Notes: generated from the sequence alone by a model not told the origin. 64,000 nucleotides of DNA from Phoronis australis (GCA_002633005.1 NMRA01000393.1:118706-182705); one strand, 5' to 3'; positions 26,596-38,253 are shown, counted from the stretch's first letter. Made by a program: numbers and translations.

Positions 26596-27110
26596 CTAAA
26601 ATTGACGGGTGGTAGATGACGTTTCGGCTTGGTCTGCCAGGCCTCTGTTAATGACTAGAGTATCTGGAGTATTTATAAGGATGTCACTGTAGAGGGGAGA
26701 TAAATGAACACCACCGTCCCGATTCAAAAGAGGGCATTGGATCCTGATTTTGATAGATTCCTTACGTGCTTGCCAATTCTGCTCCTTGCCAATGATCTTG
26801 GCGGAGGCAAGAGATTCAGAATGTCCAGTGACCAAAGTGTGCTCATCCACGGCATTCGATCTGTCGAGTTTCATTGTGTTGGTTCCGAATTACCTTTTTG
26901 TTTACCCATTATAAAGGTTGCCGGTATCCTGGTCACAGGTAAACTGGTTGATAACACCGAGATTGTTTCTCCGTGGGTGTTTGGCCTTTAGGTCTAACGC
27001 GCACTGAACGAAGGCGGTTTATGGGTTTCATGTATGAACAGAACCCATAGGTTTAGTATATACCTTGCAGACGTTCAGGCAGCCCTTTTATGGGGACGTA
27101 GGAATCAACT
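26596..27110 (-). mobile_element. Decayed Penelope-like retroelement 3' fragment (linker and GIY-YIG endonuclease)
   Basis: Frameshifted translation PIKGLPERLQ...KPINRLRSVRVRPK...GVINQFTC...LYNG*TKR...AVDEHTLVTGH...KIIGKEQNWQARKESIKIR...PLLNRDGGVHLSPLY, followed by a hairpin plus GAAACG (decayed hammerhead) at about 26620-26645. Confidence 0.85.
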
Positions 27111-27481
27111 GGTTTTTCGGACAATCTAGCCTATCCGGTCAGTATCGGTGGCATTTATTCAAACGAAATAAAACATCAATAAACCCGCTTCCCAACACGA
27201 AACCAACTTGATATAAGACTCATTTTATAGCGGTAAGTAACCCAAATTAAAATTCGTTTTCTTTTGCGGAACGCGGGTTCATAGCCCCTTTAATAAGCCT
27301 ATTAACACTTTCGATATTCTTCGATATTCTAACGGAGAACCAAAGCAATGCTGATGAAACTCAAGGCATCCAAACGTAGACACATTGATTTAAATGATCG
27401 CAAATTCGCGTAAGGTTTTTACAAAATGTTGCTTGTTTTCAATCGATTTGAACTTCGTTTTTTAAATGTTGGTTGAACATA

Positions 27482-28204
27482 CATGAGAAAAGCTCGCCTG
27501 GTCTCCAACTACATGAGCAAAGCCCTCATACTCAGGTTTTGTTTATAACCTAGAAAGTATCAACTTACCAACCCCCTGTTGTCACTAGTAGTAGAAATAG
27601 TAAACACTGGAACTTGACACCCAGCCACAAGCTATTCACTTCCTGGCATAGTATTCTGTAAACTCTATAAATGACTTTTATAAAATACTTAAAGACTTTT
27701 CGTTACAATATACAAAAACAGCACAAAAAACAATGTATGATATGACGTCGAATTTTTTTTCTACATCCAATATTTATGATTTTACAAAATAATGAGTTGA
27801 TGTGAAGGTGGTGTATGAATACTAAAGTTGCAGTAATTTTCATAATGGGCTTTGGCAATTTATTTTCGAGGTTTTCAGTTTCATTCATACACTTTTTAGA
27901 ATTTCATGATATTTCCATAATAGTGGTTATAATAGTTTTACAGCTATATCATATATTGAGAACTATTTCAGTTGCGCATTGATATTTTCCTGGGTAAGTT
28001 GGTTAAGCAGATGGCACTGGTGTCATTCATGTAAATGAACACCAGTGAGTAGAGTAAGGAACAAAATAATGGCAGATTTTTTTAAAGTTGGCGACTATTG
28101 TCAAGCTGTCGATGAATGTGGACATTGGGCCGACGGCATTATTGTGTCAAATGCAAATGGAGAGTTTGTTGTAAAATTTCCCGGTTGGCCCGGTCATGAC
28201 ATTA
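27482..28204 (+). mobile_element. Left part of a CATGA-ended DNA transposon containing the start of a Tudor/chromo-barrel ORF
   Basis: Begins exactly where the two copies diverge (aacata|CATGAG vs aacata|ttgg), its TIR matches 18594-18617, and it is truncated by the N. Confidence 0.7.
28069..28204 (+). CDS. Partial Royal-family (Tudor-knot/chromo-barrel-like) domain ORF inside the insertion
   Basis: MADFFKVGDYCQAVDECGHWADGIIVSNANGEFVVKFPGWPGHDI fits FxVGxxxxAxDxxGxW...I.......VxFxGW...D. Cut off by the contig break. Confidence 0.65.
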
Positions 28205-28661
28205 NCTATCCGGTCAGTATCGGTGGCATTTACTCAAACGAAACAAAACATCAATAAACCCGCTTCCCAACACGAAACAAACTTGATATAAGACTCATTT
28301 TATAGCGGTTAGTAACCCAAATCAAAATTCGTTTTCTTTTGCGGAACGCCCCTTTAATAAGCCTATTAACACTTTCGATATTCTTCGATATTCTAACGGA
28401 GAACCAAAGCAATGCTGATGAAACTCAAGGCATCCAAACGTAGACACATTGATTTAAATGATCGCAAATTCGCGTAAGGTTTTTTCAAAATGTTGCTCGT
28501 TTTCAATCGATTTGAACTTCGTTTTTTAAATGTTGGTTGAACATATTGGATATTTAATGTGAAATACCGCAATTGGATATTGGTTTGGACAATGAAAATA
28601 ATGAAAATGGAATGAACGGAATGCAGCGCGTTTTTCTTGTATAAATTATTGCTCATTGCAG

Positions 28662-28733
28662 TGACTTGGAGCACAACCTGATCCACCAATTGAAAAGTAC
28701 GACCTTCTCGAGAACTCCAAACTTGACTACGTT
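28662..28733 (+). CDS. RXFP-like: RXFP-like LGR exon: LRR6
   Basis: 72 bp, phase 2-2. Encodes DLEHNLIHQLKSTTFSRTPNLTTL. Confidence 0.92.
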
Positions 28734-29000
28734 GTAAGTATTTTTTAACAGAAATCAATTGGCATTTTCGAGATATGTAATTTATGCCGGCTGTTCATGC
28801 TCTTTTTACCTCTTAGGATGTTTGTCAGTGGCATCACTTCTTGTGACGGGAGGAAAAATTAGCTCTTTTTAAAAGGTTCTGAACGAAACAGAGACCTCCC
28901 AACTTGGAAACGTTACACCTTTGTAGTACATTTGTTTATCGCTAGCTTGTGACGTCTGCTCGACTAAAAACCATTTGGCATACAACATCTTGTCTTTCAG

Positions 29001-29144
29001 AATTCTGGACAACAACTTGATTGCCAAACTGGAAAGGGATGCGTTCAAATCTGTCGAAATGTTGTCAGAACTAAGTCTCTCAAACAACAAAGTCAGCCAT
29101 CTTCCTATAGGCATCTTTCGCTTCAACAAACAACTTCAAACCAT
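29001..29144 (+). CDS. RXFP-like: RXFP-like LGR exon: LRR7-8
   Basis: 144 bp, phase 2-2. Encodes ILDNNLIAKLERDAFKSVEMLSELSLSNNKVSHLPIGIFRFNKQLQTI. Confidence 0.93.
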
Positions 29145-29463
29145 GTGAGTATCTTTTCCTTAGGTTACTTTGTTCTTGCCTTCGGATATATTCTGGCCTA
29201 TATTGTGCTGTCACTGCCAACTACTTAGTCCATGTCGTCTGCTTTTACACGTGACCACTGAGAGAGCCAGCTTGCAGCCATATTTTTTACCTCTGAAGGT
29301 AAAGGACAGCCATATTCTCTGCAATATCTCTGTGCACGTGACGTTGATAACGAGTCACTCATTCTGAACACGGTAAATTTTACGAACGCTTTTAAAAATA
29401 AGTGTTTGGTATACCATTAGTGTAATCTATTTATCCAATTTACATTTACTTACTGTTTTGTAG

Positions 29464-29607
29464 ACGCCTTAACAAAAATCCAATAACCGGACTGCCTGTC
29501 GATCTATTCAAGTACAATTTGCGTCTCGTGTCTTTAAGTCTCAGTGACACCTTAATTGAAGACTTAGACAAAGCCACTTTTGAACATCTTACAGCGCTTG
29601 AACATGT
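29464..29607 (+). CDS. RXFP-like: RXFP-like LGR exon: LRR9-10
   Basis: 144 bp, phase 2-2. Encodes RLNKNPITGLPVDLFKYNLRLVSLSLSDTLIEDLDKATFEHLTALEHV. Confidence 0.93.
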
Positions 29608-29654
29608 GTAAGTAATTTTTTTGAATAAGGGTACAGTCCCAGAAATCGCTTTCT

Positions 29655-29810
29655 CATTATACCCAGGTTCCTATTCACTCTCTTACCGACATTCACGAGT
29701 AAGACCGAGCTCAGAGGAGCGGGAGACACCTTTGTGCAAAGCTTAACTGTCAGCCAGTTAAGTCAGGATTTGAACCCGGGTCTCCCAGACGGGAGTCCAG
29801 AGCTCAGTCT
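29655..29810 (-). mobile_element. tRNA-derived SINE remnant
   Basis: Pol III B box GGTTCAAATCC on the - strand at 29766-29776. Boundaries are approximate. Confidence 0.4.
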
Positions 29811-30805
29811 CCATTTATCAGTTAGTCAGCACTGTCAACTCTGATCATTCTAGACGTGACGCAAGTGGTGTTTGTTATCGAAGATACGAAACCTATAATG
29901 GACGCTGACTTAAAGTGACTATTAACCCCGCCTTCTTATTTCCATCAGTTACCCTATAAAAATTGGTCTCAGTTTGATCCCTTCTCAGATGAAAAGTGAA
30001 TTCTGTGTTCTTTATTCATTGAGGCAGTGGTCGTTGCATATACACGCCGTGACAAGCCAACTTAAAGGGACTGATTGCCAAGCAATAACGATCTGTCAGT
30101 TCTGAAATCACCTCTAATTTGACCGTACGAAGGAGCTATTTGAGACCTATTTCATATTAACAATAAATTGTCCAAATCATCAGGGTTTTTCTTGAGATGG
30201 AAGGCTGGTTTATAGTCGTCTTAAGAATGAAGGCCCAAAAGTCTTTCATTATTTAAGCCAAATTGCTCGTTATTTAAGCCAAAAAAAAAACATTTTCCTT
30301 GTAAATAAGGCAAATCCTGTAAAGCTGTCAGTTGTTTCGAATTATTTTAAAAACGTGCTGATTATGTCATTTAAAGCTGCATTTGGCATGTTTAGCTGAC
30401 TAAACACGAAAATCGAATTGATCTTCTTTATACTCTCATAATTTTCCTTTCCGTGAAAGAACATGGCAACCATCAGCACCTCTTCAGAGTTTATTGGGGC
30501 TGGCCAGCCCTAAAACTACAATCCTGAAAATTACCCATTTTCTGAGGAAGTACTGTACAGTTCTCACTGGATTTTGCCTGATGTTCACGTCACTGGACCT
30601 GATGCATTTCTTCTGCTCTGGCTGTAGAAAACTATATGAACTAAATGAAAAACTGTGAGTCATTTAACATCAAAACCTCCGTGCATGACCTGAGAAATTT
30701 AATTCTATCACGTTTATTACATGTTTACTTCTGTCGAAAGAGGAAGTGGGGGTCCAGGGGAAAAGTGTCAAAAACGCCATAGTGACAGTTTGTAGCTCAA
30801 AACGA

Positions 30806-30878
30806 TCACATCCCTGCCAGTGCTCCAAACCGTCACATCCCTGCCAGTGCTCCAAACCGTCACATCCCTGCCAGTGCT
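30806..30878 (+). repeat. 27-bp tandem repeat, about 2.7 copies
   Basis: Unit tcacatccctgccagtgctccaaaccg. Confidence 0.9.
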
Positions 30879-31932
30879 AGACACAAGCCAACTCTAAATT
30901 CGGGACGCAAATTTTTTGTAAGATTCCATTAATATGGTTCTAGAGTGTTGCCATCCAGTTAGTTGTTTTGCAAATCTGGGTTGTTTGTGGGCTTCCTGAA
31001 ATCGTAGCAGATTAGTCTCTACTCAGTGAGCTGCCATAATGCTGTAGCTGGGGGCCGCCATTTTGTTTGACGAAAAGTGCATCTACAGTCGAGTTTATGG
31101 CCTTTTCTCATTCCCAACATAATCACAAACTCAAACAAACCGGATTCACTGAACATACATGTAATGCCTACCTCCAAACTACGCTAAACCTGGCCTACCT
31201 CAAGTATTTGTTTTTTAGACTACTGTCTATCTGCACTGTGGCATCTAAGCTGGTAACGGAAATAAGATTCTACCACGGTAAGGAATAGTATGCGGCCGAT
31301 TTTGTGGGAGTAAAAGGTCGAATTCGATTTTCGTTTTTAGCCAATTAAACAGAGCTAAGCCATCAATTAATTAAAATCATTAACGGTTTAGCTTAAAAAA
31401 CATAAAAATTTCTAGATTTAATATCTGTGTTTAACGAGAATGGTTCTACATGTATGGCGGCCAAAGTTATGTAAAATGAGCCACAGTCAGTGATGGTTTT
31501 ACAAGTCAGTAAGGCTACCTTCAAAAGTAAGTTCGTTCCCACTCACCATTGCCGAAGCCACAATAGTGCGGTTAGACCGTTCCCAACTGATTTGTCTGCG
31601 AGAGAAAGACGGTATGGTCGAACACACACGTGTCAATTACATTTCATCATCGTAAAGCGTTCACCTAAATTAATGACTTAAATTAGCATGTTTGGGAAGA
31701 GCAAGCATTTTTATATTCCGCATGAAATTTCCTTCCAGAATCATATCTGCTTGCTTTTTTGTAGAAATGCTACAACTGCACATTTTCTCATTTCTTAACC
31801 AGGCGACAAAACCAACTGGCCTTGTGCAAGAGGTATACAGTTATTTTGTTATCTTTATACACTCCAGTGTAAACAAAAACATTTAATTATAATTCTTCGT
31901 GTGAAAAAGGCGCCATTTCTTTTAATTTTTAG

Positions 31933-32174
31933 ATACATGAAATATCACGACCACTGCTATGTGCTGCCCAGTTATTTAATTGACTGTCATCCCAAGACGG
32001 ACGGCATTTCTGACTCAAAGAACCTCCTGGCCTATCCTATATTACGCATATCTGTGTGGTTCATCGCTTGCATCACTCTTTCGGGCAACTTCATCGTCAT
32101 GTCATGCAGACTCGTCGATGTGTTAAAAGAGAAGGACAAGTCCATTCACTTGCTGTCGGTGACTAATCTCAGCG
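31933..32174 (+). CDS. RXFP-like: RXFP-like LGR exon: hinge, TM1 and start of TM2 (copy A)
   Basis: Phase 2-1. Encodes YMKYHDHCYVLPSYLIDCHPKTDGISDSKNLLAYPILRISVWFIACITLSGNFIV...NLS, matching the type C LGR hinge CxPxxDGISSxxNLL. Confidence 0.88.
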
Positions 32175-32478
32175 GTAAGTAGCTGTGTTAAGTCTATTGA
32201 ATCTATCCATTGTATGTTAAGCGTCTTAAACTAATGAAGGGGCAACGTAATCAGCAGCTAGGTGCCGAGAAGTCCCACCGGATACACATGACCAGCCGCC
32301 ATTGTTTCTGAAAATCTCTCAAGTCAATGTTTTTGAATGTGTTCTATTCGGTGTCCAATTAGCGGAATTAGCCAATTTTAAAAGTCTACTTTCGTAGAAA
32401 TTTAAGTGGGGACATGGGGACTTTCATAAGTAAAGTTATCAGGTTCATCTTTTGCACACGCATGTGTCTTTGTTGTAT

Positions 32479-32965
32479 CATAGGCGGATTTAGGGGGTGG
32501 CCCAGGGGGCCCGGCCCCCCCCCCCCCTTGGCTGCCGCAAAAAAAATAAAACAGTAAGAGCGTAGGGAAATGGTGAGTTTATTAATTAACCCCGGTAATT
32601 AAAATTATACGGATGAAAAAAGATATAAATGTGTGCAGCTTTAGTGTTGGGGGGGCTCAAATCCAATTTCAAGTGTCAAATTCGGAACACGGCGCGTTCG
32701 TAGCGGAACTATGGCTAAGTATAGAATCTCCCGCGATATCCTAGGCGACCGGCAGCGGCGCTGTGCACTACGACTCCGTTTCCGTCGTCTGCTCCACTGT
32801 GCAATGAAGAAAATTTACTTCATTTTTTAACGAAAGTGGAACCTGAGTGACGATGAAAAAACAGAAGCTGCTGGTAAGATGTGAATTTTAATCGAAGCCT
32901 TAGTGAATCACTCAGAAACTCGCAATACTCTCTTTGTCAAACCTTATCTTAAGACGGTTTCCAAA
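32479..32965 (+). mobile_element. Left part of a hAT-like DNA transposon (CATAGGCGGATTTAGGGG...), running into the gap
   Basis: Same terminus as 5526. Absent at the equivalent site (34599) in the other copy. Confidence 0.65.
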
Positions 32966-33446
32966 NNNNNNNNNNNNNNNNNNNNNNNNNNNNNNNNNNN
33001 NNNNNNNNNNNNNNNNNNNNNNNNNNNNNNNNNNNNNNNNNNNNNNNNNNNNNNNNNNNNNNNNNNNNNNNNNNNNNNNNNNNNNNNNNNNNNNNNNNNN
33101 NNNNNNNNNNNNNNNNNNNNNNNNNNNNNNNNNNNNNNNNNNNNNNNNNNNNNNNNNNNNNNNNNNNNNNNNNNNNNNNNNNNNNNNNNNNNNNNNNNNN
33201 NNNNNNNNNNNNNNNNNNNNNNNNNNNNNNNNNNNNNNNNNNNNNNNNNNNNNNNNNNNNNNNNNNNNNNNNNNNNNNNNNNNNNNNNNNNNNNNNNNNN
33301 NNNNNNNNNNNNNNNNNNNNNNNNNNNNNNNNNNNNNNNNNNNNNNNNNNNNNNNNNNNNNNNNNNNNNNNNNNNNNNNNNNNNNNNNNNNNNNNNNNNN
33401 NNNNNNNNNNNNNNNNNNNNNNNNNNNNNNNNNNNNNNNNNNNNNN
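32966..33446. other. Scaffold gap (481 N)
   Basis: Run of N bases. Confidence 1.
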
Positions 33447-34066
33447 AAATGTGCAAGTGTAGACGTGGGAACTTTTTGGAATTTGATTTATGGGTATATT
33501 ATCTAGCCACATAGAAAAAACTAGGTTGCCCCCCCCAAAGTACTCACAAGGGAGAACGCTATGAGATCTGGCCCACCGACTATAAGGCGGCCAAAGTTAT
33601 GTAAAATGAGCCACAGTCAGCGATGTTTGTACAAGTCAGTAAGGCTACCTTCGAAAGTAAGTACGTTCCCACTCACCATTGCCGAAGCCACAATAGTGTG
33701 GTTAGACCGTTCCCAACTGATTTGTCTGCAAGAGAAAGACGGTATGGTCGAACACACACGTGTCAATTACATTTCACCATCGTAAAGCGTTCACCTAAAT
33801 TAATGACTTAAATTAGCATGTTTGGGAAGAGCAAGCATATTCATATTCCGCATGAAATTTCCTTCCCGGCAGAATCATATCTGTTTGCTTTTTTATAGAA
33901 ATGCTACAACTGCTCATTTTCTCATTTCTTAACCAGGCGACAAAACCAACTGGCCTTGTGCAAGAAGTATACAGTTATTTTGTTACCTTAATACATTCCA
34001 GTGTAAACAAAAACATTTTATTATCATTCTTCGTGTGAAAAGGGCGCGATTTCTTTTAATTTTTAG

Positions 34067-34308
34067 GTATATGAAATATCACGACCACTGCTATGTGTTG
34101 CCCAGTTATTTAATTGACTGTCATCCCAAGACGGACGGCATTTCTGACTCAAAGAACCTCCTGGCCTATCCTATATTACGCATATCTGTGTGGTTCATCG
34201 CTTGCATCACTCTTTCGGGCAACTTCATCGTCATGTCATGCAGACTCGTCGATGTGTTAAAAGAGAAGGACAAGTCCATTCACTTGCTGTCGGTGACTAA
34301 TCTCAGCG
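34067..34308 (+). CDS. RXFP-like: RXFP-like LGR exon: hinge and TM1 (copy B, probable second haplotype)
   Basis: Same peptide as 31933-32174 with only synonymous differences (TAC/TAT, CTG/TTG); lies on the other side of the N gap. Confidence 0.8.
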
Positions 34309-35084
34309 GTAAGTAGCTGTGTTTAGTCTATTGAATATATCCATTGTATGTTAAGCGTCTTAAACTAATGAAGGGGCAACGTAATCAGCAGCTAGGTGCC
34401 GAGAAGTCCCACCGGATACACGTGACCAGCCGCCATTGTTTCTGAAAATCTCTCGAGTCAATGTTTTTGAATGTGTTCTATTCATTATCCAATTAGCGGA
34501 ATTAGCCAATTTTAAAAGGCTACTTTCGTAGAAATTTAAGTGGGGACATGGTAAAGTTATCCGGTTCACCTTTTGCACACGTATGTGTCTTTGTTGTATA
34601 TACTTCGAGGCGCAAGAAATTCATGCAGACGTGAAAGTAACCAGTTACATATACATCAGAGAAGCAAAACAAGAAATAGTAATTTATCAATGATAGAGAA
34701 ACCTCTTAAAGCAGATTAACATAATCAACAAATTTAGATTGTACATTTTCACTTGTTACTAAGCTTTTAAATTCGAAACTCATCTTCTGTAGATTTTCCA
34801 GTACAAAATGAGCCAAACCGAAAGTGTCGGTCACTGTGTCACTGAGACTCGATAGCTAATTTACGATTCTCGAATCGTTTCATAGCACGTCTAAATACAG
34901 ATGGTAAATCTAGTGCTAACTAAAGTCCTTAACCAAAATCTATTTTGCTCTAATATTAATATCCGACTGCCTTTCTTGCAAATAACAAACTTTTAATCTT
35001 TCTTCAAAAACTACAAGAAAACTTATATCCCTATCAACGTCTAGTTGGAACCACACCATTCCAAAACCATAGCAGTACAGTAAT

Positions 35085-35890
35085 ATTATACCATAATATT
35101 AGCCTCGAATGGCAGATACAACCGTGTAATAACCCATCAAATTATCCCACTAGTGAGATAACATTTTGGCAGCAAACCGAGGCTGGATTCGAACCCGGGC
35201 CTCAAGAGTTTCGAGTTGCCGACTTTACCACTACACAACTCAGCGGCTGACGTCATCGAACGTGAAAATAGAATACTTAAATGAGCACGCGCAACAATCG
35301 CATGTTCAGCAAAGGGCATTGCACCGACATTTATACGCTATGATAAATAAAACGCATAATTTCCATAAAAACGATATTTTAATTCAGTGAAATTTTTCTC
35401 TCGTGTACTCTCACTTGTAAATCACCGATCTCCAATTTGAATGCGGGTATCGTGTCGTCAGGATCCTTTGACTTGAGCATTATAGTCAGTTACTAGTGGT
35501 AACCTACTTTAGCAGACGATATTTTCCCGGTCGAAGCTTAGCGTGAAAAGGTGTAGTAAGGTGTAATAGTTGCTAAACATTAATTTATAGATTCACTTTC
35601 TATTTTGTTTTATTTTTCAATTGGTTCTGAGTAAAAGCATAACTTGACAAAAATAGCTCGGCTTGTCATAAAAGGTCACGACCTCCGACCCCGGGCATCT
35701 GACACAGAAAGTAGTTACAAGGCCAAGGCGAGTCGAGAAAGGTAGATCGATTCATTGCAATGTTTCTCGTTCAGTACGTATTTGTAGAATTATCACCCTC
35801 GGGGCTAACACCCCTCGGGCGATAATTCTCCAAAATCCACTCGGGCTCTAAATAACGAAGGATAACGACTTCGCCATGTAATAATCTATA
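35085..35890. mobile_element. Composite non-autonomous repeat (TTATACCA-ended element plus a palindromic MITE); second copy at 54174-54976, half MITE at 41936-42017
   Basis: Long colinear identity with 54174-54976. That copy shows TIRs TTTATACCACA...TGTGGTATAAA followed by ATAGATTATTACAT...ATGTAATAAACTAT. Confidence 0.8.
35177..35243 (-). other. tRNA-like Pol III cassette (A and B boxes) embedded in the repeat
   Basis: - strand reads ctgagttgtgtagtggtaaagtcggcaactcgaaactcttgaggcccgggttcgaatccagcctcgg: A-box-like TGTGTAGTGG and a perfect B box GGTTCGAATCC. No clean anticodon arm. Confidence 0.6.
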
Positions 35891-36559
35891 TATCTAATTG
35901 CTGGCACGCCACGTAAACTTACCAACAACATCCAACTCACAAATAGAGAATCCTACACTCGTCTCAGGTTTATGACATGGGCAAAACCTCTAGGAAATTT
36001 CGTCAAAACCCCGTGGCTTGTGTTCACTCATGAACCGTAAAAACGATATTTTTGCCGAAAAACTCGACGTGTCTAAAACTTTCAACCACATGACACAAGT
36101 TTTGTAAAAACACTCTTGTGCAATGTAAAGTAAACTCAGTTACTTTTTGTAAATAATTTTATTTTCAATTCTTTTTTATTAATGGTATCAACGAAATTAA
36201 TGTTTTTTAATCAAAATACACCATTTTTCCAATAATTTAGATCTAAATCTCTGCAATATACTGCTACTTTTTATTTTTATATATAACTGCAGAAAATTTC
36301 AAAATTATATTACTCGTAATATTGCGGCGATTTCCGTAAAAATGTGTCAGAATTCTGACACATTTCATTTCCTATGACCAAGCCTCAAATAGCTAAACCG
36401 ATCAGCGCCATCTTGAGGCTTGGGGACGAGGCTGCCTCCTTTTACGGAAGTCCAAAACTAAACGAAACAAGACTCGTCATTGAAGCAATCGCACTGTGTC
36501 TCTTTAAACCCTTAGAAAGAATAGTTGCGTTGTGGTAATCACCATATTTTACCTTACAG

Positions 36560-37183
36560 CTGCTGACTTCTTGATGGGCGTTTACCTGTTAATCATTGGA
36601 ATATTTGACGTCAAGTTTAGGGACGAATTCGATGTAAATTACATGAAGTGGGCTCAGAGTGCTGGATGTCAGATAAGTGGATTTATAGGAATGGTGTCGA
36701 GTGAGGTGTCCATTCTCATTCTTGCCTATATGTCACTGGAACGGTGTATTAACAGCTCTTCACCGTACAGAACTGGGATCATCACCGTAAAAACTGCTTG
36801 CATTTTTATGCTCTTCATTTGGCTTCTTGGTTTTCTGGTGGCCAGTCTTCCTCTGATGCCTATTTGGAGAAGTAGCCGAGGATTTTACGGCACAAATGGC
36901 GTATGCTTCCCATTACACATCCACAGAGCGTACAAGTCAGGCTGGGAGTACTCCATGTTGGTCTTTGTCGTCATCAACTCATGTGCATTGATGGTGATGA
37001 TTGTATGCTACACAGCATTATTCCGTAATATACAAAGAACACAGAAACCAGTGATGAAAATAAATAAAGTGGCAAAAACTGCCCACAACAAAAGGATCTT
37101 CTTTTTCGTACTCACTGATTCTCTGTGCTGGATTCCAATCATACTGATCAAGCTGTGCGCATTAAGCTTCCTTCCAATTCCCG
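36560..37183 (+). CDS. RXFP-like: RXFP-like LGR exon: TM2-TM6
   Basis: tacag|CT...G|gtaag, phase 1-1. Contains ADFLMGVYL, GCQISGF..SSEVS..SLERC, FYGTNGVCFPLHI and FVLTDSLCWIPI, all typical of type C LGRs. Confidence 0.96.
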
Positions 37184-37946
37184 GTAAGCTTGTCACGACA
37201 TTTGACACTTATTCTTCCAAACTCCCTTAAATACCACGTATGGTGTTGCACTTCACTTGCAAATAATTAAGACCTGACAACTGTATAGAGATTCAAGTTC
37301 ACCTACACACGTACATTGTTAACAAATCTCTGTTGATGTAGTATTCTTTATAGGCCTAATAAGGTTGGCTTTAGTAGGATGGCGAATCAAATGTGAGCGC
37401 AACCCTCCACCACACGATCGACTCTAGTTTGACCTTTGTATCCACCTTGCGTCACCCCGAGATCAACACCAGTTTTATGCCCCTCTAGTCTCAGTGTACA
37501 CCCGTTTTACTTCCACCCACATTCCCACGCCGACACCAAATGAATCACCTCTGACTTCCCACTTTTCGTCGCCACATTTGTACGCCATCGCCAGACGTTA
37601 CTGTTGCGGTGGAGGCAGTAACCACAAGCTTTGGTTCTCTTTCAAAATTTTGCGAGAAATACGGGATAAATTGCATCACCTCTGAATGAATTCGTGGAAC
37701 ATCGTGTCCGAAACTTCGGTTTCTCCACGGGACGAGTCTCCAAACACCAGTCGAAATTTTTCATTTGAAACAGTTGTCCAAAGTATTGAGAGATCATTTA
37801 CAGGTAAATTTGAAAACAATTGTTGTGCAATCACTTGATTTATTTACACGTAAAAATAACAACCACTTATGGCCTTAAATAGTCGAACATCCCGTGGCTA
37901 CTGGAGACAATTAATTTACTCTGTGTTAATTTGTTTGCTCTTTTAG

Positions 37947-38099
37947 ATGCTTTGCACGCGTTTGTTGCCGTCTTTGTTCTTCCCGTGAACAGCGCAGTCA
38001 ACCCTCTTATATACTCGTTAACTACGCTGACTTTCAGACGAAAGTTCCTGCGAATAGTCTGCTCAAAGTCATTTCGAGGCCTCTTCAGAAAGTTTTCAG
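37947..38099 (+). CDS. RXFP-like: RXFP-like LGR exon: TM7 and helix 8
   Basis: ttttag|AT...CAG|gtatta, phase 1-1. Encodes ALHAFVAVFVLPVNSAVNPLIYSLTTLTFRRKF (NPxxY motif). Confidence 0.93.
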
Positions 38100-38253
38100 G
38101 TATTATGTATGGCGTGTTCTCTCTTGGCATTTCTTAAATGGCAGAAAATAATTTGAATATGTACATCCGCCACGTGGTTCTTGTGAACTAGTCAAATGGG
38201 CCAACTCATAAGCTAACATTTGGAAGTTTTGTTTCCCCAGTGCATGCCTGAGC

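Larger units (their letters stand above)
27131..28545. repeat. Near-identical direct duplication (27131-27481 / 28206-28545) across a single N; probable uncollapsed haplotypes
   Basis: Few SNPs and one small indel; N at 28205; the first copy continues into an insertion. Confidence 0.8.
31456..34599. repeat. Direct duplication (31456-32478 / 33586-34599) including the hinge/TM1 exon, around an N gap; probable uncollapsed haplotypes
   Basis: About 1 kb copies with scattered SNPs and small indels on either side of the gap. Confidence 0.8.

Noticed and set aside
32804-32875. ATG AAG AAA ATT... resembling a hAT transposase first exon (MKKITSFF with one frameshift) followed by gtaag
   Set aside because: Requires a frameshift and is too short to support; the rest is lost in the gap.
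32903-33514. Long ORFs of 170-203 aa
   Set aside because: They consist almost entirely of X translated from the N gap.
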